This document shows, piece by piece, positions 37,816-51,516 of a stretch of DNA of 64,000 bases. Within the stretch, counting starts at the first letter, position 1, and every line of letters begins with the position of its first letter. The stretch lies in the NCBI GenBank assembly GCA_951406725.2, contig OX597822.1, positions 87,606,001-87,670,000 of the forward strand, in the 5' to 3' direction. A program made the position numbers and the translations under genes. This DNA comes from Octopus vulgaris (Eukaryota). The notes beneath the pieces are model-generated. The model saw only the letters and a program-made list of their open reading frames with translations. It searched no databases and had not been told where the DNA came from.

Positions 37816-37858
37816 CTTTTGGTGAAATCGTTGAGCTAACCGTTCTAATCTGTCCAAC
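37816..37858 (-). CDS. SPTBN5: beta-H spectrin short exon
   Basis: LDRLERLAQRFHQK; cag/gtact; 43 nt, needed for frame. Confidence 0.9.
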
Positions 37859-38275
37859 CTGAAAAGTAAAACATAAAAAAAGTAAAGAAATCTTTATTGT
37901 TAAGTTACTTAACAAACGTAGACTAAGTTTTTTTTTCTTAATCCTGGGTACTAAATCCTAAACTAATGACAAATTTAGCAATAGCAACAAGAATTATGGC
38001 ATGGAAAAAAATTGTGAAAAGATTGAAAATAACAAAATCATTAATACTACAATCAATGACAATTTGTCATAACATCAAATACAACAGGACTGGTGACATA
38101 TATGATGAGCATTACACAATTACTGTGAAAACTATGACTACATTAATAATTATAAATATGACAATTAGTTTAATGACAAATAGAATGACAAATATGACAA
38201 ACTTAGAAAGGTACAACAAGGATATGTAGTTTAAAAAGGAGGAGAAGAAAGAAGCAAGAATTATATTTCAGTAAC

Positions 38276-38458
38276 CTTCTAAGTTGATCCCTCAACACAA
38301 TTTCCCGATCATGCTCAGCTTTCTCCAAACTAGTCCATGCTGTGTGAATGTCATGAACTAATTTGCCCTCTGGTGGTGTGTAGCCTTTTTGCCCATTTGC
38401 TTTCAGGTTAGCTTGAATATTGAAGAAAAGAACTTCAATGTGGCCTCTTTCTTTAAAC
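38276..38458 (-). CDS. SPTBN5: beta-H spectrin exon, spectrin repeat
   Basis: FKERGHIEVLFFNIQANLKANGQKGYTPPEGKLVHDIHTAWTSLEKAEHDREIVLRDQLR; aag/gttac; 183 nt. Confidence 0.93.
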
Positions 38459-38639
38459 CTTTACAAAAATAAACAGATGAAGAGTTATTGGCAAAAGGAT
38501 ATTGCAGTGGACATGCTCAAGTAATTAAGTGAAAAATAAAATATTTTTCTGATATCTTCAAATCAATCACATGATTTTGTATAATGGTGATATCTGTTTT
38601 CTAGGGTACAAGACCTACTAACATCAGTGCTAATCATAT

Positions 38640-38762
38640 GTATAAATATATGTGTGTATGCATGAGTACGTGTGTATGTGTGTGCGTGCGCGCTTGTGTG
38701 TGTGTGTGCATGCGTGTGTGTGTGTGTGTGTGCATGCGTGTGTGTGTGTGTGTGCATGTGTG
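38640..38762. repeat. (GT)n-rich compound microsatellite
   Basis: Direct reading. Confidence 0.9.
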
Positions 38763-39262
38763 AGTGAAAGACTACTGAGCTACAGTGGCTCATGCATAGG
38801 CCTGTTACCGTAAAGCTATGCAGGAAAGAAGAAGTGTTGTAGCTACAACCGACATTACTATAATGTTGCGAAACTCCTTTTCATTCACTTATGCCTGCTA
38901 CTATCAGTCTGACATTCATAATTTTCACAAAACCATTTCGTGAATAATGAGAGACGAAGTTTAGGGTGTGGAAGCAAGGTCTAGAATCGAAGGGCCTTAG
39001 GGTTACCTAGCAAAAACCAAAAGTCTTAGTAAGTAAGAAGGCTGTCAAATCACAAACCCCTTCATTACCCAGCATACTAAATAACAAACATGAGATAGTA
39101 AGAGAGCATCTACACTGTCACACAACCTCCTCTAATTTTTTTGAGATGGAAAAAATACCACCTCTAAAGGTATTCAAAAACAAAACTAAAGCCATAGAAT
39201 TCAACATCAAAAGCAAAAATATAATTCTGAAATTATGCTATTAGCCTCAGAAATGAACCTAC

Positions 39263-39450
39263 TTTGGTGGTTTCTCCACAGTTCGGTACTGTTTGAATTT
39301 TAAAAGTTCATTTTTAATGCCCTCATATGAATTGGGAAAATTGCGATCATTCAATTCTTTAATCTTCTGGTTAATCCACTCAATCAGGTTAGTGGTGAAA
39401 GATTCATAGTCTTTTTGGTTTTGTTGTAAAGTAAGAACATTGTTGATAAT
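39263..39450 (-). CDS. SPTBN5: beta-H spectrin exon, first spectrin repeat
   Basis: IINNVLTLQQNQKDYESFTTNLIEWINQKIKELNDRNFPNSYEGIKNELLKFKQYRTVEKPPK; cag/gtagg; 188 nt. Confidence 0.95.
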
Positions 39451-40472
39451 CTGAAAAAAATTTACAGAATTTGCTTCATAATATTTATAATTCAATGTGA
39501 GAATATATCCTTTAAAGTTAAAGTAAGACATATACAGAACAGTTTAAAGTGAAGAGTTTGTTAATATTTAAACTCCAGGAACTGACATTACAAGCTGTGT
39601 GAAGGACAGATGTTTCAGGCAAACTTACATTTGGCAGCAGCACTGATACACTTTCAAAGCAATATAGCTATACAAGTAGAGCTACTAAACCATACATTCA
39701 ATACTTCTTGTCTGATTACAAAAAACAACCAGACTCCCATCCTCATCATTGATAAATTGGAAGCAAAGGGGTGATATATGAACTGTCAATTTGGACTGCT
39801 ATGATTTGTTTCTACCACGTGAACATGGAACAAGATCTAAAAATATTTCTTATCAGTTAAATATCTGTTATTCTATACTAGAGGAAACATTAATATTTAT
39901 TTATTCATTATTGCTATTAGGATGTGAAGAGCAGAATGGTCAAATCCCCTCACAGTACTTTTATATTTCAAATCAAATTCTGCTCTAGTTCAATTTGATT
40001 TTCACCCTTTAGCATTTAATAAAAAAAAAGCATCTATCAAGCACTGAGGTGAATTTAATCAATTATATCTTCCCAATAAATGGTCTTTAGCCAAATCTAG
40101 AAATCATTACAAAAGTGATAAAAAGTACTAATTAAATTCCATGAAGTACATAGTTATGTCCCCCTACATAATTAACGTTGGCTTCAGCTGCTGGCGAACT
40201 TCTCCACCATAGGATGGTTAAAACGAAAACTGGGTATATGCTGGAAGATGATTAAATTGACTATATTCCTCTCACGATGTTGAAACCTAGTACTAAAGTT
40301 AGAAATTATTTTAATGGCTATGATTAAAAATTTTACAAAATTGTGTTCAAAGTTTGCTAAAAGTGTCATTCTAATAAATACATGATGATCTTTAAAACAA
40401 GAAAGACTTTCTGTCCCAATCTAATGATTTGACAACAAAGGTCTGATAGCTTTTTATTATTAAGTGGTTTAC

Positions 40473-40585
40473 CTTGGCAATTCTTTTACCACCTGTTAAT
40501 TCAGACTTTAATTTGGCAAAATAGTGGTAATATGCTGATACATAAGTCATGATTACTTTCTCATCAGGTTTTGGTACATCAACAT
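40473..40585 (-). CDS. SPTBN5: beta-H spectrin exon, CH2 end
   Basis: DVDVPKPDEKVIMTYVSAYYHYFAKLKSELTGGKRIAK; cag/gtaaa; 113 nt. Confidence 0.95.
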
Positions 40586-41747
40586 CTGCAAGAGACAACA
40601 CATACTCAACTGAATAATAACTCTTTGGTATTTATATATATCTTCATCTTATTATTCTTATAGTCTAATTATGATATATATATCATAAGTTGAAAACTGC
40701 AAGAAAACATGCATAATTTTGTATCACTTGGTTATCATAGTAGTCATATTTGAATGTCTAAATTCCTAAATCAGTTTTAATTCATATTCTAATATTTAAA
40801 AAAATATATATATATAATGCTTACCATTAAGAAAATAGCATATTGATATAACTACATCATATAAAAAAGCGTGGATGGGTAGTTTAGCTGCCAGTTTTCT
40901 AATCAGTAAAAATAAAATATGATGATATAAAAAAAAAATGAAATGAAGAAATTCTCATTTCATTGTATGAGATCTCTCAGGGATCAGAAATGTGTTCTTG
41001 CATTGATTTCCCAAGACCAAAAGGTTAAATTTCAAAATTTGATTGCTTATTTCACAATCCTGAATTAAAAATTCCAGCAAAGACAGTTTCAACTTTAATC
41101 CTTCTCATTTATGAAAGTAATGAATAAAATACCAATAATAGTTCTCATAACGGATGTAATCATATCTATAAATTAAATTTAGTATTCACTTTGCAGTATA
41201 CTCTGTACAACTTGTTTGTTCTGAATAAGCCAACATCAAGCAGCCCATTACAGCTGTCCCATGTTTTACCTCAAAATACAATGAACAGTTATAGGTGTAT
41301 GACCATTTGAGGTACTTGGTGTTGAATTGATTTTTTTTCTGTTTCTTTTTTTCCTTTTTTCCCCTCTGTCTCTTTTCGCTAATATGTTCATGTTCGTGTT
41401 TTCTTTGGTTTTGGATTTGTATTTTAATGTGGTTTTGTATTATATATGTATCATATACATACATGTTATATTCCAATAAATATTTTCAACTAAGAAAACA
41501 AAAATACCTACATAAAAAAAAGTTATAGCAATGAAATAGAAAGAATGTAAACATGATGAGAAACAAGAAATGTCTAACAGTGTGAAGCAGCATTTCTCAT
41601 TTCATCAGATTATGCACAAACATTAGTGAAAAAAAAAAACACCCCACAAAGATTCAATACCCAGAGTATAAGAAGTCTATGTGCTTCTTTGGGGAAAGGT
41701 TTTCCAGTATGCTACAACAAAATAATATTAAGTTACAAATAACTAAC

Positions 41748-41860
41748 CTTCAGCATCCAACATTTTGGGGATGCCCATGTTCTTTGCCACATTAAAAGCA
41801 TTGTTCAGATTTGGTATATGTTCAGATGGTATTAGTTCTTCATAAGCAATCAACTCGGGG
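41748..41860 (-). CDS. SPTBN5: beta-H spectrin exon, CH2
   Basis: PELIAYEELIPSEHIPNLNNAFNVAKNMGIPKMLDAE; cag/gttag; 113 nt. Confidence 0.95.
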
Positions 41861-41884
41861 CTGGAAAATTGAAAAATAAATATT

Positions 41885-42270
41885 TCAAATTTTTGCCACA
41901 AGGGCTGCTTTGGAGAGGTGGGGATGAGTCAATTACATCAACTCCAGTGTTCGACTGATACTTATTTTATCGATCCCAAAAGGATGAAAGGCAAAGTCAA
42001 CCTCAGTGGAATTTGAACTCAGAACATAGTGATGGGTGAAATACCTATTTCTTTATTACCCACAAGGGGCTAAACACAGAGGGGACAAACAAGGACAGAC
42101 ATAGGTATTAAGTCGATTACATCGACCCCAGTGCATAACTGGTACTTAATTTATCGACCCCGAAAGGATGAAAGGCAAAGTCTACCTCGGTGGAATTTGA
42201 ACTTACAACGTAACGGCAGCTGAAATACTGCTAAGCATTTCGCCCGGCGTGCTAACATTTCTGCCAGCTT
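41885..42270 (-). mobile_element. Two adjacent or nested SINE family B copies
   Basis: Two repeats of ttatcgaccc..aaaggatgaaaggcaaagtc.acctc.gtggaatttgaact. Confidence 0.8.
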
Positions 42271-42802
42271 GGGAAAATTGAAAATAATAATAAAGATGAA
42301 GACAAGGAAAACCACTTGGAGAAGGAATTTAAGATGATTGTTACTATTGTTCTTGAGTAAACTTCATTAATTTTATTTGGATATGCACAATTTACAAGAA
42401 GCCAATTTAAGAAACATTCTGTCAGTATTCTAGCTGTGGCCATATTGTTTTTACAAAAATGTCTTTTCGTAAAGATATTAAGTAGTTTGAGTGATATTTG
42501 GCTGCTTCATTGACAGATTTAGCTATCACATACAAACTCTGTCCTGAACACAAGGTATTGTGTAAGGATGAAGTTTCACATTTATAGGAAACAGAAATCT
42601 AAAATTACAACATTAATACCTACTTTTTGAATGATCCTAATGAGACAATTACCTCATTTATTCAAATATATTAATCCAATATAACTTTATAGATTGATAT
42701 ATTTCAAATAAATTATAATCATTTGGTTTAATGCAAACCTTAAATTTTCTCCAACTTCAGCTCATTAAATAAGCTTTAATCAAAGCAAAAGCAAACAATT
42801 AA

Positions 42803-43022
42803 CCCTTTCGTTACTGTATTTATTTTGAGATGCTCCTTGTTTCATTCAATTACTTTAAATATAACAAATAATTAAGTAAAATAACTTAGTTATTATGAAG
42901 CAAGTTTTAAGAACTTAAATTTTGAGTAAGGTTTGGTGGAAGATTTTAATTTAGAACTTTGAAAACAAGACATTTGTACTACAAAGCCAGAGCCAGTTTC
43001 ATCCGGGTTGGTAACGAAAGGG
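42803..43022. mobile_element. piggyBac-type MITE
   Basis: TTAA|ccctttcgttac ... gtaacgaaaggg|TAAA. Confidence 0.7.
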
Positions 43023-43382
43023 TAAACATACAGTTACAGATGGAATATCACATTGATTAAAACATTTGCAAACATTTAAAAGACACTTAAAAATAAGAGA
43101 TACTAATGCTCTTCTTTAGACTGAAATATCATCATTATTTATCATCTGCCTTCCATGCTGGCATGGGTTGGATGGTTTGACAAGAGCTGGCCAGGAAGAA
43201 GCCTGCACCAAACTTCAGTAACTGTTTTAGCGGGATTTTTACAGCTGGATGCCCTTACAAATGCCAACCACATTAGTGTCGACTGAGTGCTTTTAAGTGG
43301 CACCTGCACTGACAGAGCCACCAAGTGCTTGCAAGACAAAAAGAAAAAAAAAAAATGTTTTTAGAAGTAGAACCAAATTTAC

Positions 43383-43463
43383 CGATGAGCATGAATAAGG
43401 GCATTAAAACCCAAGCCATTGCGCCAAGAAGAGGTGAAATTTTCAATATGTACACCAGGGTAT
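43383..43463 (-). CDS. SPTBN5: beta-H spectrin exon, CH2
   Basis: [27 protein letters not shown]; cag/gtaaa; 81 nt. Confidence 0.95.
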
Positions 43464-44759
43464 CTGAAAAGGAAATATATTGCAATTAGAATAATGTAAT
43501 AACCTTTTGTATTAAAAACTTCTTGATCTGTCTCTCACATACACAATACTGTAGCTAAATTGTTGATCTCACCTATTTAGCAACCTATCTTATTGACATA
43601 GTGATCGATCTGTAATACATTTATCACTTTATATGTGTATGTGTGCATGCAATGTGTGTGTGTGTATGTGTATGTGTGCATGCAATGTGTGTGTGTGTGT
43701 GTGTGTATGTGTATAAAATGGCAATTTGGAAGAGTCATTAAAGTATTGGATAAAAAGCCTGACAACTTTTGCTCCAACCCTCTGCACTAGTTCAAGTCCC
43801 AATAAAGTCGAGTTTGCTTTTCAGTTTTTTGGGATATATATAAAGTATTAATTGACACTCCTTCCCCCACTCCATCCGTCCGTCCGTCCCTCTCTCTCTC
43901 TCTCTCAAGACAGCAGGGTAGCTCTGCAAAGTTTAGATGGCCAAGACATGCTGTTTGTCACAACAAATGTTATTTTAAGCTAAGTGCAGCATTGGGAATT
44001 CTTTGATACAGCACCCAGGAGAGCATGTATATATTGTTGCACATAAAAATCATGAAAGTAAAAAGTGTTATAAATTTTATTCCCAATTTTTAGATCAAGA
44101 ATCTCACGAAACCAAATAGAAAAATGAAATATTCCATTTCTTTCATTTTTAAATATACAGCTAGATTTTGCTGAAACAGTATATTATTTATGCCTTTCAT
44201 AAAGCAATGGGCTATGGACTAATATACAATAATAAAACTATTTCTATTATAACTTGATTCTAATTTCATAGAAATAGTTGAATAACTTAGTTGACAAAGA
44301 AGAAAATCAAATTTTGTTCTGTTTATTAATTCATTGGGAATTAACATAACATATTCCTGAATACATTGTTGGCACTACATAAACATTGTCCAGAAATTTC
44401 TAGATAGTATATACCTTCATTTGTTCCACCAAAATTTCCATTTAAGCTAAATCTAAATAGTTTAGCAGAAGACAGTGTTTTGCATGAAGTGGATCCTCCA
44501 ACAATGAAAAGTCAGAAGAAAATGAGAGAAAAAAAAATCAGGTGTCAGGCACAGCAGATTACCCAGCATGTTAATCTAAGCCATTTGAAATCATAGTATT
44601 CCTGTGAGGTGACAGTATTTCAGGTAAGGTTGAATATATATATAAGTGGCAGGTTGACAGCCCAGAAGCAAAATATCAACTCTTCAAATTACAATGCATT
44701 CAACTTCACTTTACATACTTCTGGGGTCAAAACAATAAAGAACCAGTCAGTTACTTGGG

Positions 44760-45284
44760 TATCTTTTATGTTTTACCTGTTTCAGTCATTGGAATGCAGC
44801 CATGGTAGGGCACTACCTTGAAGGGAAAAATCAAACCAATCAACATCAGAACTTATTTTCTGAAAGTCTGGTACTTATTCTTTCAGTCACTTTTTGCTGA
44901 ATGCTCAGTTACAAGGATGTAAACAAACCAACACTGCTTGTCAACTGGTGGTAGGGAACAAATACAGACACACAAATACATATATATATATATAAAAGGG
45001 TAAAGGATAAAGACCCCCTTTGGTCATGAATGACTATGGGATTACACCTAGAAAGTTAGCATCTGAGGCACAAGTCTTCAAGCCACTAATGTTATCCAAA
45101 GAACAGGGAAAGGCTGATACAGCTTCGCACTAGTGACGTTGCAACTCATTTCTACAGATGGGTGAACTGGAGTAGCGTGAAATAAAATGCTTTGCTCATG
45201 AATGCAACACATAACCCAGTCTGGGAATTGAACTCCTTACCTTATGATTGTGAGTCCAGCACTCTGACCACTGAGCTAGGCACC
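44760..45284 (-). mobile_element. SINE family A fragment plus another tRNA-headed SINE
   Basis: 44760-44990 resembles 47857-48070; 45000-45284 has minus-strand head agctcagtggtcagagtg...gagttcaattccc. Confidence 0.65.
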
Positions 45285-45286
45285 TT

Positions 45287-46410
45287 TTCTCTTGAAACAT
45301 TTGTACTTTGTCAAACATGTACGCTGATGTTGCACATCAATCAGGATTTACAAGCTTCATTCCTCTCCAGTCTTTGCATGCCCTCTACAGACAGGATCCA
45401 TGTCTCGCTATCATGGAGTGTAGCCATTCATATACAAGCATCATACAATCTGCTTTTCACTCTGAGAGAGAGGTGTTTCACTGTAAATCTTGATTGATGT
45501 GCAACATCATTGTACATGTTTGACAAAGTACAAATGTTTCAAGAGAATAGTTGGGCATAAGAAGAATTAGATGTAGCATACAAGAGAAAAGACTATGATG
45601 GTTTGGATATGTGGTTGCATATGAATGAAGACAGTTGTATATAAACATGCTAGTTGCTTAAAATGGATGGTACCTGTGGAAGGGAGATCCAAGAAGACAT
45701 GGAATGAAGTGGTAAAAGTTAATCTCAAGATGTTGGGTATCTCAGAGGAGATGACAAGGAACTGAGATATCTGGCAATATGAAGTTCTTGAGAAAACCCA
45801 CTGACTTCTGAAAGACCTGTGTATTCCACCCACACATAAAATTCATACCCAACGCAATTAACCAAACTACATCTCTTCATGCACTATACTCGTCTCTCCC
45901 CACCCACTCCTGCAGGCCACACCACTCTGTCATCTCTCTCTCTCTCATCCTCCCTCCTACCAACTGCATTATTGCTGTTCTGTCACTCCCTCATATACTT
46001 ATGTTTCATCACTCATTGCATTCCTCTTTCATTCTCCTTTCCCCTTTTACACTCCTATGAACTCCCTATCCTCTACTACTCCATTTACATTCACCTTCTT
46101 CTACCTTGAAGGTAAGTCCTGGTACACTGCCACCATTTCTCTCTCTCCCTCCATCCTTCCCTTCATCAAAGGCAGCCTTGCATCTCCTCTACAGCAAGAC
46201 ATGTTTCCAACCCACTATCATAGTTTAACCTCTCATCACCTGGCACAAAGCCACCTCACTCAATTCCACTTCCCTTCTCAGATGAGGGACTTTGTCTTCC
46301 AAGTTATATGGTGACCTCGCTGGTGTTGGTACCATATAAAAAGCAGTCCACTCAGTAAAATTGTTGTTGTTAGAAAGGGTATTCAACTACAGACACCATG
46401 TCAAAGCAGA
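45287..46410 (+). mobile_element. RTE 3' portion with 5' inversion and inverted duplication
   Basis: 45287-45481 is RTE on minus strand, 45482 onward on plus strand; ~65-bp inverted duplicate at the junction. Confidence 0.8.
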
Positions 46411-46707
46411 CAGCAAGCTTTAAGATTGTTTTTAGCATATATTCTGAGTAACTTACATTTTAGAAGAACCATATGAAATGAGATTTGCCATAATTTTCTG
46501 TAGGCCATTCTTATAAAGAAACAAATACTTATCTTTAGCAAAATATGTTTGATTAAAAATATATGAATAAAATGACAGAAGTACTAAGCAAAATAAGGTA
46601 TATTTATAAATTTTATTAAATAATCTATATATCTGATATTTTTTTAAGTAACCCTTAACATTTTCCTGATTAAAAAACATCTATGTATTTACTTCAAATG
46701 CTCTTAC

Positions 46708-46784
46708 CCATCTGTTTTCCTTTGACACCAAAGTAATAATGCATCCTTTGCCGACTTTTTTTCACGGTCTCCATCATCATCTTC
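46708..46784 (-). CDS. SPTBN5: beta-H spectrin exon, CH1-CH2 linker and CH2 start
   Basis: EDDDGDREKKSAKDALLLWCQRKTDG; cag/gtaag; 77 nt. Confidence 0.95.
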
Positions 46785-47856
46785 CTGAAAAGATGAACAA
46801 AAAAAAAAACAAACAAACAAAAAATCAGACATTAATGCTTATTTTATTTAATAAAATGATTATTATAGAGTAGAGCAAATAAAAGATATATACAATGAAT
46901 ATATAATTTGTGCATTATAAGAAATAATAAAAAAGAAACCGACAGAAAAAGTGCAATTATTTATTGAAAACCTTTTTATTAGCGAGTTACTAGCTTATGG
47001 TTTATAAAGGAAACAGTTATAATTCAAAATACATGCAGTACTCTCGAGTTGTACAAAAAGCCTTGAATAGGATTACAGGAGCCAAAGCTGATTTTCACAG
47101 TTAATCCTTTAATAGCTGAATAAGTGAATGTTCATCACAACAAATAAGTTCAGAAGACTCTATAAAGCATCAGTTCTGCACAGAACTAATTAAACTATGT
47201 TAAAGTATCAAATGACAAGAATATTATTCTGACTGTGACAATACTATAGAAAATACAAAATATACTATAGAAAATACGAAATATATTTGATGAAATCATA
47301 TTAAAAATACAGTAAATATATTTAACAATAGAATTAACTAAAATTGCAATTTATTTGTTAATGTAAATTTAATTAAAAATAGATTAAATAAAAGGTTAGC
47401 TTAAGAAGGATAGGGAGGTGGAGTTAACACTATTATTTGCTATATAGCATCATTAAGAATGAGACAGAGTCAACATCCCTTGACAAGGTTGCAAAAGCAA
47501 CAAAAAATTTGGAAGGAAAAACAGAAATAATAAATAAGTAGAAATTGAACTGGTGTGTTAGATAAGGCATTAAAGACAGTATGACTCTCCCCAGACACAT
47601 CATTAAGAATGTTTTTCAAAAATTTTTTACTTTGCTGTCGGTCTTAGGAGAAACGTTTTTCTTTTTCGTTTCTAATAGTCAAAGCATTTTCCCAATTCTT
47701 TGCCTTCTTTGATAAGTTCACTTACCTAGGTTTTCCATTATCTAATCAGAACTGTACTAAACCAACATGAAAACTCTATAATCAAGCTCATCAAGTAGCA
47801 TACCAAGGTAAACTTAGGTAAAGTCAAAATTGTCAGAATTTTGTACCTGATGACCT

Positions 47857-48234
47857 ACTCTTTACTCTTTTACTTGTTTCAGTCATTTGACTGTGGCCAT
47901 GCTGGAGCACCACCTTTAATCGAGCAACTCAACCCCGGGACTTATTCTTTTGAAAGCCCAGTCTCTTTTGCTGAACCGCTTAGTAACGGGGACATAAACA
48001 CACCAGCATCGGTTGTCAAGCAATGCTAGGGGGACAAACACAGACACACAAACACACACACGCATATATATATACAAATATACGACGGACTTCTTTCAGT
48101 TTCCGTCTACCAAATCCACTCACAAGGCTTTGGTCGGCCCGAGGCTATAGTAGAAGACACTTGCCCAAGGTGCCACGCAGTGCGACTGAAACCGGAACCA
48201 TGTGGTTGGTAAACAAGCTACTTACCACACAGCC
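47857..48234 (-). mobile_element. tRNA-derived SINE family A, near full length
   Basis: Minus head tggctgtgtggtaagtagcttg...ggtttcagtcgc; internal TA/TG microsatellite; tail agagtaaaagagt. Confidence 0.88.
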
Positions 48235-48404
48235 AAATAAAATCTTTTAAAAATATTAATTGTATCAAATAAGGGTTTGATGCTAAAATGGGAACTTAAT
48301 CATCCTAACACTTAGCTTATACATATTTTATTAAAACAAAAGAGGGTGGGGTGTGAAATTAAAATCTGCAAGATTGCAGTTCAAAACATATTCAGGCATG
48401 ACTA

Positions 48405-49190
48405 AACATTGCAAGTCATTTAGAGGATGGAGTGTTGATAAATGATCTTCAGATGCTAAGCATCAGAAAGGAGATGATAAAGGATCAATACAGTTGGTAG
48501 TTTGCTGTGTTTGAGGAGACCTGTCCAGCTAAAACAAAATTGAAGACTTCATTTTACTTATGGCCATGCTCCCCACCCCCACCCCACCACCACACACACA
48601 ATCTGTTCCCTGACAAGCCCCTCCTTCACAACCCACCTTCCCAACATCTCTCCCCACCCACATTCCCTACCTGCTGTATTTCTCTCCTCCTCTATCTTCC
48701 ACCCCCTTTGTAAACACAATAGGACCCTGTAAAATCTACACAACATATCCTCCTAATACCCTCTCTCTCTGCCCATTCACTACATTACCTCCCCCCTCCT
48801 TCTTGCACTCTTTCAAATTCTCACAAACTTACCCACCCACTCAGCTTCTCCAATCCCTGGTCCACTTTGTTATACACACGTTCCAGAATCTTGGGCGTAT
48901 GCATCATCACAGCCATCACCTATTTCTGTCCCTCAATACAACTCCCCCACCTTAGATGAGGGGGTCTTGTTTTGTATGTTACTGGATGACTTCACTGCTA
49001 CTGGTGCCATGCAAAAAGCACCCACTACCCTTTGTAAAGTGGTCAGTATTAGGAAGGGCATCCAGCCATAAAAACCATGCCAAAGAAGATAGCAGAGGTT
49101 AGTGCCGTCTTCTAACTCCTCAGTTCCTGTTGAACTGTCCAACTCATATTGGTATGAAAAATGGATGTTACATGATGATGATGATGATGA
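48405..49190 (+). mobile_element. RTE 3' remnant with C-rich UTR and (GAT)n tail
   Basis: aggaagggcatccagcc...gatgatgatgatg. Confidence 0.7.
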
Positions 49191-49589
49191 TTTAGTATGG
49201 CTTTCCACTCTCATCACTGTCTTAATAATAATATTGATATCTCACACTGGACAGAAGACCACTCAAAGAAAGTTATTCAATCATTTTTAATCAGCTCCAC
49301 TATATAACTAGTACTGACCTTAAAGAGATGAAAAACAAATGCCAAATTTTAAACTGAGAATGAAGACAAATTTATTTATATGCATTTAGTCCCACATGCT
49401 GGTACCCATTGCTCCCAATACCAATAACAACTATAATTCTAATAATAAACTTCTTAACTTATTAATGTCTAAAACAATGGCACTGTGATTTAGTGCTGTT
49501 GGAGACATAAGTACATAAGACCATAAGTTATTAAACAGTTTATCTGGCAGAGAAGGACATACTTTTAACTAAACTGGATCAGTGCAGTC

Positions 49590-50307
49590 ATCATCATCAT
49601 CATCATTTAACGTCCGCTTTCCATGCTAGCATGGGTTGGACGATTTTGACTGAGAGCTGGCAAACCAGATGGCTGCACCAGGCTCCAATCTTGATCTGGC
49701 AGAGTTTCTACAGTTGAATGCCCTTCCTAACGCCAACCACTCCGAGAGTGCAGTGGGTGCTTTTTACGTGCCACTGGCATGGAGGCCAGTCAGGTGGTAC
49801 TGGCAACGACCTCGCTCGAATCTTTTTACACATGCCACCTATCATAAAATGATAAATGCTCACTTTTGACTATAATCAGTATAATTTATTAGTCATTGCT
49901 CCAACTCATCATCATCATCATCATCGGGTATTGAATTGGCTATCTCCAGCAACACTGCTTAATATAGAGCCAGCTGGTTTTATACAAAGCTGGTGAATCT
50001 TGAAAAACAGATTGTTCAAATAGCAACTTAGAAAAATCAGTTACGATTCATCATCATCATCGTTTAACGTCCGTTTTCCATGCTAGCATGGGTTGGACGG
50101 TTCAACTGGGGTCTGTGAAGCCGGAAGGCTTCATCAGGCCCAGTCAGATTTGGCAGTGTTTCTACAGCTGGATGCCCTTCCTAACGCCAACCACTCTGTG
50201 AGTGTAGTGGGTGCTTTTTACGTGCCACCTGCACAGGTGCCAGACAGAGATGGCAAACGGCCACGAACGGATGGTGTTTTTACGTGCCACCGGCACGGGG
50301 GCCAGTT
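49590..50307 (-). mobile_element. Two RTE 3'-terminal module insertions (49590-49840, 50049-50307)
   Basis: (CAT)n-tttaacgtccg-ttccatgctagcatgggttggacg; very similar to 1665-1885. Confidence 0.85.
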
Positions 50308-51516
50308 CCCTATAAATCTTTGAGAAGAATGAAATATCATTTGGTGGAAAATGATTCAGGAGCTGATCAGAATATCATCATGCTACAAGTATTACATTAC
50401 TGTTTAACGCGTGTGTTTTTCCATGGGAGGTAATATAGTGGATCTCATTTGGGCATATAAATTCGAACCTGAATCTATAGAATTCCTCTAACCCTATGCC
50501 AAACCAATTTATGTGTTTTCTCATTTGAACTTCTTGACCTCTTCTATACCACAAAAGGTCAAAATGAGACAAAGAATTACTCTCAGCAGTTTTCCCCATT
50601 GTTCTCAGAGATATGTCTCTCTTTCTCACTGTTCTGCAATAATTATAAATACTAAAAAAATCTTGCAAGGATAAGTTAGTTGGTGAAAGAGATGACCACA
50701 AGGTTAGTTGATGAAATGAAGACGACCAGGGATGATTGATACAATTCTCACTAGCTCACATTTCAATGGCAAATGTTATTTTATCTTTCTCCGCCGCTGC
50801 TAAAATGAAAGGCAGAATGATAGCATCATTCTGTCTTTCTCCTCCTGTATTTGATATCACTATCATTCCTTGGGCTCACTACTGCAAATGAGACCAAAAC
50901 GGTAAACAACAACACAAGAAGATAAAAAGAGTGATCTTGCTTTTGTTTTGGCTGGCATATCGAGAATTTGGAACATGCGACTTCATAACCCCAACACTGG
51001 ATTTTCAATCAACAAAGACTGACTCAAATCTATTTGTAACAACTCTGTGCTTTGAACTCTAATATTTTTGTGATGGCTTTGTGCCGTGGGCTCAAATATA
51101 TTATAACAGCTTTGTGCTGTCTTCCATGTGACTTTTAATATTTCTTTCTCAATACATAATTGAATTATACAGGTGTGTTGTTATTTGCTGATACCTTTGT
51201 CTAACCCGTAACAACTGCCATTACATAACATTACTCCAACAAACCATGAAAATAATTTTTGATAAATATTCATGAAACAAAGAATTCTGTAAAAAAAAAA
51301 AATCTACCAGCCAGTATTTATGAAGAATTTGTGATGAGCAACTGAGTATAAAATCTTAGTCCATGTTAAGTTTTGATTCCCAGTTGAAATGTTCTAATTA
51401 TGCTGCTAATGACTTAGGGGGAAAGACATGAATGTCACAAAATTACAGAGACTCAATTTATAACATTGCTAGGATTTTTTTTTTTATTGTGAGTAAAAAA
51501 TTTCTGCGATACATAC

